This document shows positions 50,174 to 58,851 of a DNA stretch of 64,000 nucleotides, piece after piece. Numbering within the stretch: position 1 is the stretch's first letter; every line of letters begins with the position of its first letter. The notes below the pieces were generated by a model that saw only the letters and a list, made by a program, of their open reading frames with translations, searched no databases and had not been told where the DNA came from. Both the position numbers and the translations under genes were made by a program. The stretch comes from Candidatus Omnitrophota bacterium (lineage in GTDB: Bacteria; Omnitrophota; Gorgyraeia; JAZDFF01), in assembly GCA_043808095.1 (NCBI GenBank), contig JAZDFF010000015.1, positions 2,015-66,014 of the forward strand. Reading direction: 5' to 3'.

Positions 50174-51481
50174 TTATGCAAGGGCTTGCCTCTCTGTCCC
50201 CTCTTCAGCGGAAGAAGAGAGCTGTGGTATCATCACTATGATAGCAGTCAAAAACCAGAAAGGCTCCATAATCCGAACAACAATAAATGTCTGAGAGGAA
50301 AAGGAATGGAAAAATAGGCCAATAAAACCAGCCAAAAATCCTAAAGCCAATCCCTGGCTCCAATCATCTCTTATATTCCTGAGGGTCCATAAACCATTTC
50401 GAAAAATATTTATCAAAAGCCAGATAAATACCCAAAGCCCGATGATTCCTGTCTCTGCGAGTACGTAAGGCAATTGTGTATCCAAGACCGGCACACCGCC
50501 TACTCCGAAACCTAAAATTGGGCTTTCTTTTAACACCTTAAATATAAATTTCCAACTTTCAACTCGATGGGCTGCAGATTCATCTAATACGATACGTGCT
50601 CCTAATGCTTCATATTCCACCCCCGGAATAAATGTTGACTTTATCCGCTCAATTACGCTATTTGGTAAAAGAAATGGAGCGAGCATTACAAATAATAATA
50701 ATATAATAATGAGCGGCCATCTCATTCTATTGGTTAAAATTATAAAAGCCAAATACATAAAAATAAATCCCAAGTAACTACCTCTGGATAGGGTGAACAA
50801 AAAAGAGGGGAAGATAAAAAGACAAAGCCAACCTGCAAAAAACTTCCAGATGCCGGATTTGCTATATAAAAAAACCCCTAAGCTGACCGCAAATAGTAAT
50901 AGTAAATATCCGCCTAAGGTGTTCGGCTCACCACCGATTTCCTTTTCAAAGGGCGCACTAAGTCTTCCCTCTATTCCCAATTCGCCGATCTTAGTTGAAG
51001 TATAGACACAGACGAGAAAACATGTAATCAATAAAAAAGCTATAAATCTTTTTGCTTGTTTCATATTATCAAGATTGTTAATTACAAGAAAATAAATCAT
51101 AAAGTACTCAATATATTTCAAGACATGAAATAAACCAGAAAAAGGCGTAACCGCCCCCTTTATAATACCAAAGAGCGTAGAAAGAATACTTATAGATATA
51201 AAGACCGTGATTGGTAAATTCAAAGGAGATTTCTTTAATAGACCAAATTCCTTATTAACAGCCATCTTTACTAGCCAAGTAAAGAAAACTACCAAAACTA
51301 AAATATCATCTATTCTTACTACTACTGCCCTTTCCCCAAGCTGAGCAACTGATAACTCCGGAGAAAATAACATTGAGAAGATTAATACAATAATCCCAAA
51401 GTCAGTTTTTACTAATGTAATGAGACAAACAAACAGTCCGCTTAGTAAAATAATTGGTAAAAACTCATGCAAACCAATCAT
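50174..51481 (-). CDS. O-antigen ligase / Wzy-like polymerase family membrane protein
   Basis: 435 aa, ~10-12 TM, with the Wzy_C-type loop motif FTLSRGSYLGF. Confidence 0.7.
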   Translation of the reverse strand: MIGLHEFLPIILLSGLFVCLITLVKTDFGIIVLIFSMLFSPELSVAQLGERAVVVRIDDILVLVVFFTWLVKMAVNKEFGLLKKSPLNLPITVFISISILSTLFGIIKGAVTPFSGLFHVLKYIEYFMIYFLVINNLDNMKQAKRFIAFLLITCFLVCVYTSTKIGELGIEGRLSAPFEKEIGGEPNTLGGYLLLLFAVSLGVFLYSKSGIWKFFAGWLCLFIFPSFLFTLSRGSYLGFIFMYLAFIILTNRMRWPLIIILLLFVMLAPFLLPNSVIERIKSTFIPGVEYEALGARIVLDESAAHRVESWKFIFKVLKESPILGFGVGGVPVLDTQLPYVLAETGIIGLWVFIWLLINIFRNGLWTLRNIRDDWSQGLALGFLAGFIGLFFHSFSSQTFIVVRIMEPFWFLTAIIVMIPQLSSSAEEGTERQALA

Positions 51482-51663
51482 TTGATTCTCCGCATTCTAA
51501 GAGTAAAGACTATTACTAAAATAAATATTAAGATTAAAAAAATGGTAGGGCTATATTCTTGATAAATATTAACAAAGAGGCAAAGCAGACTGACTAATAA
51601 AATACAAATAACAACACATAACATAAATAGTTTCCCTTTGGATATCGGCTTTATGACAGCCAA
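51478..51663 (-). CDS. Small membrane protein, hypothetical (4-nt overlap with the Wzy-like gene)
   Basis: 61 aa, two hydrophobic helices. ATGA overlap with the downstream gene. Confidence 0.3.
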   Translation of the reverse strand: MAVIKPISKGKLFMLCVVICILLVSLLCLFVNIYQEYSPTIFLILIFILVIVFTLRMRRIK

Positions 51664-51788
51664 GCCTACAAAGGTAATTAAAACTGATAAGAGAATAAAG
51701 AATAGTATATCCGTTAGATTACCTCTCTAATAAAAAAGGGCTATTTAGCCCTTTTCCTATTCCTAGAGATTAAATATGATTATTATCA

Positions 51789-53726
51789 TTAAGTATCGGT
51801 GAGTCTCTTACCCGAATCTTCAGAGTCTTCACTGGAATAATAGTATTTATATTTATAATGATAATATGGATAATAGCTGCTTTGGATTTCTGTCTCGGGC
51901 TGGGTATGATTTAAGACCACGCCTAACATCTTTGCACCCGCCGACTCTAGTTGTACCTTTGTGCGTAAAAGTGCTGCCCTGGCAGTACGGCCAACCTCAT
52001 AGACTAAAACCACCCCGTCTAACTTTGGCGAAAGAATTACTGCATCGCTGATAGATAGGGCAGGAGGAGAGTCAAAAAGCACCAGATCAAAATCGCTTTT
52101 TAGTTCCCTAATTATATCGGACATTACAGTAGAACCTAATAGTTCGGCCGGGTTAAGAGGAATATGGCCCGAACTTAAAATCTTCAGATTATCCAATCCG
52201 GGCGTCTTTAGCGCCTCGCTAATGTCAACCTTGCCAACTAAGATATCAGATAGGCCCCTTAGCGCCTCCTTTAATTTTAATGTTCCCGAGATGACTTCCG
52301 ATAAACCGGGATCGCGCTCTACTCCAAATACCCTTGCTATCGTAGGTCTCCTTAAGTCCGTATCTACGATAACTACCTTTGTGCCCATTTGAGCAAAGAT
52401 AAGACCTAGACTCACCAAGACAGTGGTTTTTCCTTCCCTAGGACCGGTGGAGGAAAAAAGTATTGTCTTTTGACTAGGGTTTATCTTAAGATTAGTTCTT
52501 AAGATACGGTAGGCCTCAGAAACCGGAAGATGAGGATGGTATTGAACAGTTAAACAAGTGGCAGAGAAATCTAATGTCTGGCTTGTTTCTTTTTTCCTAA
52601 ATCTTAAACTAAAAAAATGCCCTTTCTGTCTCTTTTTTAAATTCTCCCTCTCTTGTAATCTTACGGAAGGAATAATTCCCAATACAGGCAAGTTTATAAG
52701 TTTTTCTACATCTTCGATTGTGCCGATAGAGGTATCTAAACTTTCTGTCACAAAGGTAAAAATTAGTCCAAGCATAATTCCCATCAAAGAACCCACAATT
52801 AAATTTAGGCCTTTATTTGGCTTAATAGGATAAGATGGTTCGATAGCCTGATTTATAGGCGTAACATCCGGGGTTTTTTCAGCCTCAGCAATACGGGAGG
52901 CTTCAAATTTTTCTCTGAGCATCCTGTATGTCTGTTCATTTATTTCCTTATCTCGATTTAGACGTGCATATTCAAGTTCACTGGCAGGCAAAGTCTTGTT
53001 CTGTTCTTCTAATTGACTAATCTCTTCTCTAAGCCGGATTATCTGAGGATGTTTTTCGGTAGCCTTGGTAAGGAGTTCGCTGGCCCGGCCTTTTAATTCT
53101 ACCAATCTTCTTTCGAGTTCAATGGCTACTCCTGTAACGGACTCTCTCTCTTTAAAGGCCTTTAATTTCTCTTCTGCCTGATTCAGCTCCTTCTCTACTG
53201 CAGCAAGCCTCTCTTGGACAAATTGGCGGGTCTCTGTTGCCTCTCTGCGTTTCTGGTTCAAATTTTCATCTATATAGACCTGCACAGCCATATTGGCAAT
53301 ACGGGTTATCTTTTTCGGGTCACTACCAGTTACAGATATATTAATTATATTGGTATCCTTTAGCTTCTCAGCAAAGATGCTTCCCTGAATATCGCTAATA
53401 ACTGCCTTTTTTTCATTATCAGACATTTTCTCATCAACAAAACCCAGCCTTTTAGCCGCCTTTTCTGCAACTTTACGGCTCTGAATGACATTTATCTCGG
53501 TATCTAAAGGGTTTCCCGGTCGAAAGTACATCTCCTCCACAAGGGCACCAATTACGGTCTTTTTTTGTTCATACCTTACGGTTGCAGAGGTCTGAAATAC
53601 GACGGGCTGCATCTTTGTATAAAATACTGTCAATACAAGCGAAATAAGAAAAGCGGAGCCAATGAGAATCCTTCTTTTTCGAAATATCCTAAGATAATCC
53701 TGGAAATTTAATTCGTATTGGGGCAT
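51789..53726 (-). CDS. Polysaccharide co-polymerase / BY-kinase (Wzc-like), paralog of 17238..19133
   Basis: 645 aa. Identical N-terminus MPQYELNFQDYLRI, P-loop FSSTGPREGKTTVL and C-terminal Tyr cluster YYPYYHYKYKYYY. Confidence 0.8.
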   Translation of the reverse strand: MPQYELNFQDYLRIFRKRRILIGSAFLISLVLTVFYTKMQPVVFQTSATVRYEQKKTVIGALVEEMYFRPGNPLDTEINVIQSRKVAEKAAKRLGFVDEKMSDNEKKAVISDIQGSIFAEKLKDTNIINISVTGSDPKKITRIANMAVQVYIDENLNQKRREATETRQFVQERLAAVEKELNQAEEKLKAFKERESVTGVAIELERRLVELKGRASELLTKATEKHPQIIRLREEISQLEEQNKTLPASELEYARLNRDKEINEQTYRMLREKFEASRIAEAEKTPDVTPINQAIEPSYPIKPNKGLNLIVGSLMGIMLGLIFTFVTESLDTSIGTIEDVEKLINLPVLGIIPSVRLQERENLKKRQKGHFFSLRFRKKETSQTLDFSATCLTVQYHPHLPVSEAYRILRTNLKINPSQKTILFSSTGPREGKTTVLVSLGLIFAQMGTKVVIVDTDLRRPTIARVFGVERDPGLSEVISGTLKLKEALRGLSDILVGKVDISEALKTPGLDNLKILSSGHIPLNPAELLGSTVMSDIIRELKSDFDLVLFDSPPALSISDAVILSPKLDGVVLVYEVGRTARAALLRTKVQLESAGAKMLGVVLNHTQPETEIQSSYYPYYHYKYKYYYSSEDSEDSGKRLTDT

Positions 53727-53738
53727 ATTGGAATGGTA

Positions 53739-54773
53739 TTAAAATCCCAAAGTCTGAAGCTGGGTCGCAACAGAGGAGGCTTTGTATATAGGATCGATTA
53801 GTTGTGTAAGGAAGTAATTTAGATTAGCAATAAATTTTTTAGGCACATAGATTATGTCTTCGGGCTGGGTTAAAAGGTCACTACTCACCTGGCCTTTATC
53901 AATGGCCCTGGTTAGATTAACACGTCGTATCTCTGGATTAAATGGGGCCCCTCGGATAATAATTACGCTATTTAAAACTGCATGCTCAGAAAAACCGCCG
54001 GCTAAGGCAATCGCCTCTAAGATATTGGCTATACCTGTTGGCTTGTATACACCGGGATTTTTTACTTCACCCAAGACAATGATCTTTTTGCCTCCTATCT
54101 GTTTTAATGATATGGAAACTTTGGGGGATGAGAGCAAATCTTTTAATTTTTCTGTTAAAGTACCGGAAAGTTCATTAAGGCTGAGGCCCTCGGCTTGAAC
54201 ATCGCCTAATAGGGGAAGGCTTATTTTACCATCGGGACGCACCATTAATTCTTTGGATAAATCCTCAACTTTTTCAAATCCCACCCTTCTTTTACCAAAT
54301 TCCTGTACCATTACCGAAACCTCAGGCGACTTAATAAACTCCTTAAGTTTTTCTGTTAAAATCCCGTCTAATTCGGTTAAGGTAAGGCCCTCTGCATAGA
54401 TATCATCTACGAGAGGAAAAGAAATCTTGCCGTCTGGCCGGACAATCACAATCTTGGCTAAATCTGGCCACTGCCAGACAGATATATCTAAGACATCTCC
54501 GGTTGAAATAGTATATTCATTTTCAGGCCCCTTTTCTTTTGCCTTCTCCAATCGACCAAACCCCTGCCAGACACCAACCTCTAAAATATCCTCCGGGCCA
54601 ATTTTATATTCGAAAGGTTTAGGCTGTTCTTCCTGAGACTGAGACAATTCTGTTTCTATCTTCTTAATCTCGGATTCAATCTCGGACTCTAAGACGGGAT
54701 TAGCAGTAACGCAGCCTAAAAATGATAGGGCAAAAATTATTAAAAGACAGGATTTATATTTATTTTTATACAT
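53739..54773 (-). CDS. Polysaccharide export outer-membrane lipoprotein (Wza/Poly_export + SLBB family)
   Basis: 344 aa. Lipobox LSFLGC, Poly_export motif YKIGPEDILEVGVWQ and two SLBB-like repeats (VRPDGKISFPL / VRPDGKISLPL). Confidence 0.75.
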   Translation of the reverse strand: MYKNKYKSCLLIIFALSFLGCVTANPVLESEIESEIKKIETELSQSQEEQPKPFEYKIGPEDILEVGVWQGFGRLEKAKEKGPENEYTISTGDVLDISVWQWPDLAKIVIVRPDGKISFPLVDDIYAEGLTLTELDGILTEKLKEFIKSPEVSVMVQEFGKRRVGFEKVEDLSKELMVRPDGKISLPLLGDVQAEGLSLNELSGTLTEKLKDLLSSPKVSISLKQIGGKKIIVLGEVKNPGVYKPTGIANILEAIALAGGFSEHAVLNSVIIIRGAPFNPEIRRVNLTRAIDKGQVSSDLLTQPEDIIYVPKKFIANLNYFLTQLIDPIYKASSVATQLQTLGF

Positions 54774-54857
54774 TATTTATTTAACTATAATATACACAAT
54801 CACTTAGGCCCTGTCAAGCAAAATGAAATTCAAAATACGACGAGCCTTAGTGAGCAA

Positions 54858-55670
54858 TTAGGTAAAGCTTTCTATCTCATCTTTTATGATTATTTCATCA
54901 ACAACAGAGGCCTTTTCTATAAATCCGGTTAAAAGACCAAGATCGCAGATACGGTTAATCCTGCGCGGTATACCTCCAGAGAAATCAAAAATAGTTTTTA
55001 ATGCTTCTTCTGTAAAAATTGGAGCGTCTCTTCTACTTACTTTAAGTCGATGAAGAACGTAGTTCTTTGTCTCTTCTTGGTTTAAGGCGTTTAAATAACA
55101 TTTTATCGCTATCCTTTGTTCAAAAGGTTTATTGTCTTCGATCTTTTGCCTCAATTCTGGCTGGCCGAATAACAACAGGGTTAAAAGAAATCTATTCTGT
55201 TGGTGAAAGTTTAAAAGAAGCCTCAATTCATTAAAAACCTGGTCATCCTGAATGATATGCGCCTCATCAACAATAATCACGGTATCTTTACCTTCCCGGT
55301 AATTTGCCATGAGGATATTTTCTAAAACCTCGTGTAGATAATCCGTAGAGATTTCTGTTTTTTTAGTGGGCAGTTCTATCTCTTTTAAGTTCCTTACAAT
55401 TGCCCTAAGTAGATCGACATACTCCAATTGGGGATTGGTAATGGATGCTACTTGGTAATGCTCTTTCTTGAGTTCATCAAAGATAGCCTCGGCCAAAACA
55501 GTCTTTCCGCAACCAAAAATTCCGGTTAGCATAGCTGCCCCCACTCGTTCCTTAATAGCATAAAGCATGCGCGATAAGGCCTCTTGGTGCTGATTAGAAT
55601 AGTAAAGAAAACGCGGGTCAGGGGTATTTTGAAATGGCTTCTGATTTAGGCCCCAATATTCTTCGTACAT
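54858..55670 (-). CDS. ExeA/GspA-like AAA ATPase (EPS-locus type)
   Basis: 270 aa. MYEEYWGLNQKPFQNTPDPRFLYY, GIFGCGKT and IIVDEAH. Confidence 0.75.
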   Translation of the reverse strand: MYEEYWGLNQKPFQNTPDPRFLYYSNQHQEALSRMLYAIKERVGAAMLTGIFGCGKTVLAEAIFDELKKEHYQVASITNPQLEYVDLLRAIVRNLKEIELPTKKTEISTDYLHEVLENILMANYREGKDTVIIVDEAHIIQDDQVFNELRLLLNFHQQNRFLLTLLLFGQPELRQKIEDNKPFEQRIAIKCYLNALNQEETKNYVLHRLKVSRRDAPIFTEEALKTIFDFSGGIPRRINRICDLGLLTGFIEKASVVDEIIIKDEIESFT

Positions 55671-55744
55671 ATTATTTTAACTTACTCACTTACTCATTAT
55701 AATAAAGATTAACGAAATTGTCGAATAAAACAATCATTTAGATT

Positions 55745-56539
55745 CTATTCAAAACCTTTTATCTCTTCTTGAACAATATCATCGTCTATAAGGTCAAACT
55801 TTTTGATAAATCCTGCCAAGAGGCACATATCGCATAGACGGTTAATTCTACGTGGTATACCGCCAGAATAATTGTAGATTGAACGAAGGGCTCTTTCAGA
55901 AAAAATCGCGGCTGTGCGATTGGCAACCTGCAAGCGGTGAACAATATATTTTATGGAATCTTCCGGGGTTAAGCCGTCTAAATGGGCCTTTACATTAATC
56001 CTCTGCTCTAATTGTATATTCTCTTCAATTTTCTGCTTTAATTCTGGCTGGCCCAAAAGCAATAATGTTAAAAGAAATCTGTCTTGCAGTTGAAAATTTA
56101 AAAGCAGCCTTATTTCTTCAAAGACATTCTCGTCATTTATGGCGTGTGCCTCATCAATAATAACTACGGTTTGTTTACCGTTTCGCATATTGTTTAATAA
56201 CGCGTCATTAAGAATGTTCAAAACATCTGCTTTTCTTAGGGGGGCAGGATTGCCTAATTGATAAAGAATCATCCTTAAAAGCTCGATATCATCGAGCTTG
56301 GGATTAGCTATAAAGGCAGTTTTATACTGCTCGCTGCTGAGTTCCTTTAATACTGCTTGAGCAAGCATAGTCTTACCACAGCCAAATACACCCGTAAGCA
56401 TAGCTGCGCCCATCTTCTCTCTTACGGTATAGATAAGACGCATTAATGATTCCTCGTGTTGACTTGAACGATAAAGAAAACGCGGGTCAGGGGTATTTTG
56501 AAATGGCTTCTGATTTAGGCCCCAATATGCTTCGTACAT
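55745..56539 (-). CDS. ExeA/GspA-like AAA ATPase (EPS-locus type)
   Basis: 264 aa. MYEAYWGLNQKPFQNTPDPRFLY, GVFGCGKT and VIIDEAH. Confidence 0.75.
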   Translation of the reverse strand: MYEAYWGLNQKPFQNTPDPRFLYRSSQHEESLMRLIYTVREKMGAAMLTGVFGCGKTMLAQAVLKELSSEQYKTAFIANPKLDDIELLRMILYQLGNPAPLRKADVLNILNDALLNNMRNGKQTVVIIDEAHAINDENVFEEIRLLLNFQLQDRFLLTLLLLGQPELKQKIEENIQLEQRINVKAHLDGLTPEDSIKYIVHRLQVANRTAAIFSERALRSIYNYSGGIPRRINRLCDMCLLAGFIKKFDLIDDDIVQEEIKGFE

Positions 56540-56675
56540 AGTTTAAAAGACTGCTGAAAAATACTTTTTAACGCGAATAATCGCTAATCTAACGCGAATT
56601 CTCGCTAATTCTATTTGCGAAAACTAGCGTTTGATTCGCGTAAATTAGCATTTAAACCATTATTCAACACTCCCT

Positions 56676-57581
56676 TTGACAATAAACCCTAACCCTGCTA
56701 TTATAAGCTCAATGATGGATTTATCTATTATCATCGTCAATTATAATGCCAAAGATGTTTTAAGTCAATGTCTAAATTCAATTTACGACAATACCAAAGA
56801 CGTTGATTTCCAGATAACTGTTATTGACAATGCTTCAGGAGATGGCAGTCCGCAAATAATAAGGCAAAGATTCCCTCGCGTAAAATTAATCCAAAATAAT
56901 GTAAATTCGGGCCTGACCCAAGCGCAAAACCAGGGTTTAAAGCTGGCACAAGGTAAATATCTTCTGCTCCTGAATAACGACACCTACTTACAACCTCAAG
57001 CCATAAATAAACTGATAGAATTTATGGACCAAAACCCCGACGGAGGGATTGCCGGGCCAAGAATTTATACTAATGCAAATATACAAATTTCATTTGCCTG
57101 GATGCCGAAAAATCCCCATTTATTTCTGCCCTATATTTTGTTCAAGAAGCTGTTTCTAAATTACGAATTGAGAAGGCATAACTACAATCTAAATAACAAC
57201 CTAGAGGTAGACTATGTTTCAGGCGCTTGTCTAATGATACGCAAGACAATTATGGAAAATATTGGCTATATGGACGAGGGCTATTTTGTCTATAACGAAG
57301 ATGATGACTTATGCCTGCGCGTAAGACAAAAAGGTTATAAGATTTATTACCTACCTGAAGCAAAAGTGATTCATCTGCGAGGAAAAGGCGGCGGTGGGTT
57401 ACACCCCTACAGGATGATCCTTGAAATTCATAAGGGGATATTTAGACTGTATAGAAAATTTTATCCTAAGCCAAATTTTCTTCTGGACACTCTTATTTTG
57501 GGGATGTTAACACTTAGGCTGGGGTTAGCGATTATTATTCAATCCGTACGCTCTCTCAAGAGACTGTTTTTCCGTTCCTAG
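56676..57581 (+). CDS. Glycosyltransferase family 2
   Basis: 301 aa. LSIIIVNYNAKDVL...LLNNDT (DxD-like) in a GT-A fold. The only plus-strand gene in the right half. Confidence 0.75.
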   Translation: MTINPNPAIISSMMDLSIIIVNYNAKDVLSQCLNSIYDNTKDVDFQITVIDNASGDGSPQIIRQRFPRVKLIQNNVNSGLTQAQNQGLKLAQGKYLLLLNNDTYLQPQAINKLIEFMDQNPDGGIAGPRIYTNANIQISFAWMPKNPHLFLPYILFKKLFLNYELRRHNYNLNNNLEVDYVSGACLMIRKTIMENIGYMDEGYFVYNEDDDLCLRVRQKGYKIYYLPEAKVIHLRGKGGGGLHPYRMILEIHKGIFRLYRKFYPKPNFLLDTLILGMLTLRLGLAIIIQSVRSLKRLFFRS

Positions 57582-58710
57582 ATAAATTCAAAAAAATTTT
57601 AAAAGGCCGCAGGATATAACTGATATATGCCTTTAAATAAGATTTCGCAGGATAACGATATCTGAGTAATCCCTTATCCGGAAAAATATTGCTAATGAGC
57701 AATTTAATCAGGCTACCTGTTGTATCAAACATCAGGAATTGAACAAGATAGCTGACCTTGCCTAAATCTTCTTCCTGCCAGATATAGTCTTTTTTTAGAA
57801 TGCGGGAAATGACTTTCTTTTTTAACTTAGAGGGTGAGAATTTTTGTATAATTTCACCCTCTATCGGCGCACCTAAGATATCTTTACAATAACTCAGGCA
57901 ATAATAAATCATATTCTTTGTTCCCGATTCATTGGCGGTCTTTAATAATTTATCCCACGAAATGCTCTCTTTATAGACCTCAAGTATTCTTTTGATATCA
58001 TACAGCCAGATAATATTTTCGAAAAAATGAATCATGGTTAAATGCAAGGACAAATACAGGATATTATCTTCGACTGATAAACCCAGACAATCTAGACCTT
58101 CAATCTTAAAATTTACTGCTCGTCTGTAAAACATAATTTCGTCGATATTCAAAACTCTATTAAATTTATTATGTAGAACTTGCCAATGTATTTCTATAAG
58201 CAACTTGGCCGATAAAGTAAGACTGTCATCCCCATTTCGGCTATAAATGATAGAACCGAAGTCCCGTGTACTTATTTTATAACCCAGCCCTTCAAGACAT
58301 TTTTCAGTAATATCCAATTGCCCCGGCAATATCAGTATATCAATATCAATCATTGGCCTTAAACCGGGATTGTCCCCGTATACGCTATTTATAAGAGCTG
58401 TCCCTTTTAGAATAATTGACCTTATGCCTAATTTGTCTAGCGCCTTGAGTATTTTTGCCAATTCTCTAAGCGCAAGGGTATTTTGGGTTAGGACGCAATA
58501 ATAGTTGTTTTCGAGATCTTTCCTGATTAAATCAGGGACCGAAAGAAGCAAATTTGCCTTTTTTAAATTATAAAAGATAACAGTAGCTATGCCTTTCTTC
58601 TTAGCCAATCCCACAAGATAAGACCAATCTTCGTCTTTAACATTAGCTAAGGTATCTGGGTTTATTTTGCCGTTTAAAAGTTCTAAGATGATTTTTTTGG
58701 GAAGGTCCAT
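57556..58710 (-). CDS. Nucleotidyltransferase-family protein (PF14907-like)
   Basis: 384 aa. Helical N-terminal region followed by a GTALINSVYGDNPGLRPMIDIDILI (G...D.D) nucleotidyltransferase-fold motif. Assigned by pattern memory only. Confidence 0.45.
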   Translation of the reverse strand: MDLPKKIILELLNGKINPDTLANVKDEDWSYLVGLAKKKGIATVIFYNLKKANLLLSVPDLIRKDLENNYYCVLTQNTLALRELAKILKALDKLGIRSIILKGTALINSVYGDNPGLRPMIDIDILILPGQLDITEKCLEGLGYKISTRDFGSIIYSRNGDDSLTLSAKLLIEIHWQVLHNKFNRVLNIDEIMFYRRAVNFKIEGLDCLGLSVEDNILYLSLHLTMIHFFENIIWLYDIKRILEVYKESISWDKLLKTANESGTKNMIYYCLSYCKDILGAPIEGEIIQKFSPSKLKKKVISRILKKDYIWQEEDLGKVSYLVQFLMFDTTGSLIKLLISNIFPDKGLLRYRYPAKSYLKAYISYILRPFKIFLNLSRNGKTVS

Positions 58711-58765
58711 TTATGGGATGATTTTAATAAACCTGAAAAGGCATTTTAAACGCTAATTTTCGCGA

Positions 58766-58781
58766 ATCTAACGCTAATATT
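58766..58781. promoter_or_regulatory. 16-bp perfect palindrome AATATTCGCGAATATT within a CGCGAAT-word promoter-region repeat
   Basis: Read directly. Lies upstream of the nucleotidyltransferase-like gene start (58710). The same region carries GAATCTAACGCTAAT, which is also present at 9216..9230. Confidence 0.5.
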
Positions 58782-58851
58782 CGCGAATATTCACTCTATT
58801 ATTAGCGTAAATTCGCGTTTGATTAGCGAGAATTCGCGTTCAAGAAGGTTT

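Noticed and set aside
15195-56539. Exosortase (XrtA) and PEP-CTERM sorting-signal proteins expected next to ExeA-like ATPase, Wzc and Wza genes of this type
   Set aside because: Looked for an ~8-TM protein with exosortase motifs and for small ORFs ending in a PEP-TM-basic tail and found none. The polytopic proteins present match Wzy, Wzx, MurJ and GT-C instead. The system may be encoded elsewhere or absent.
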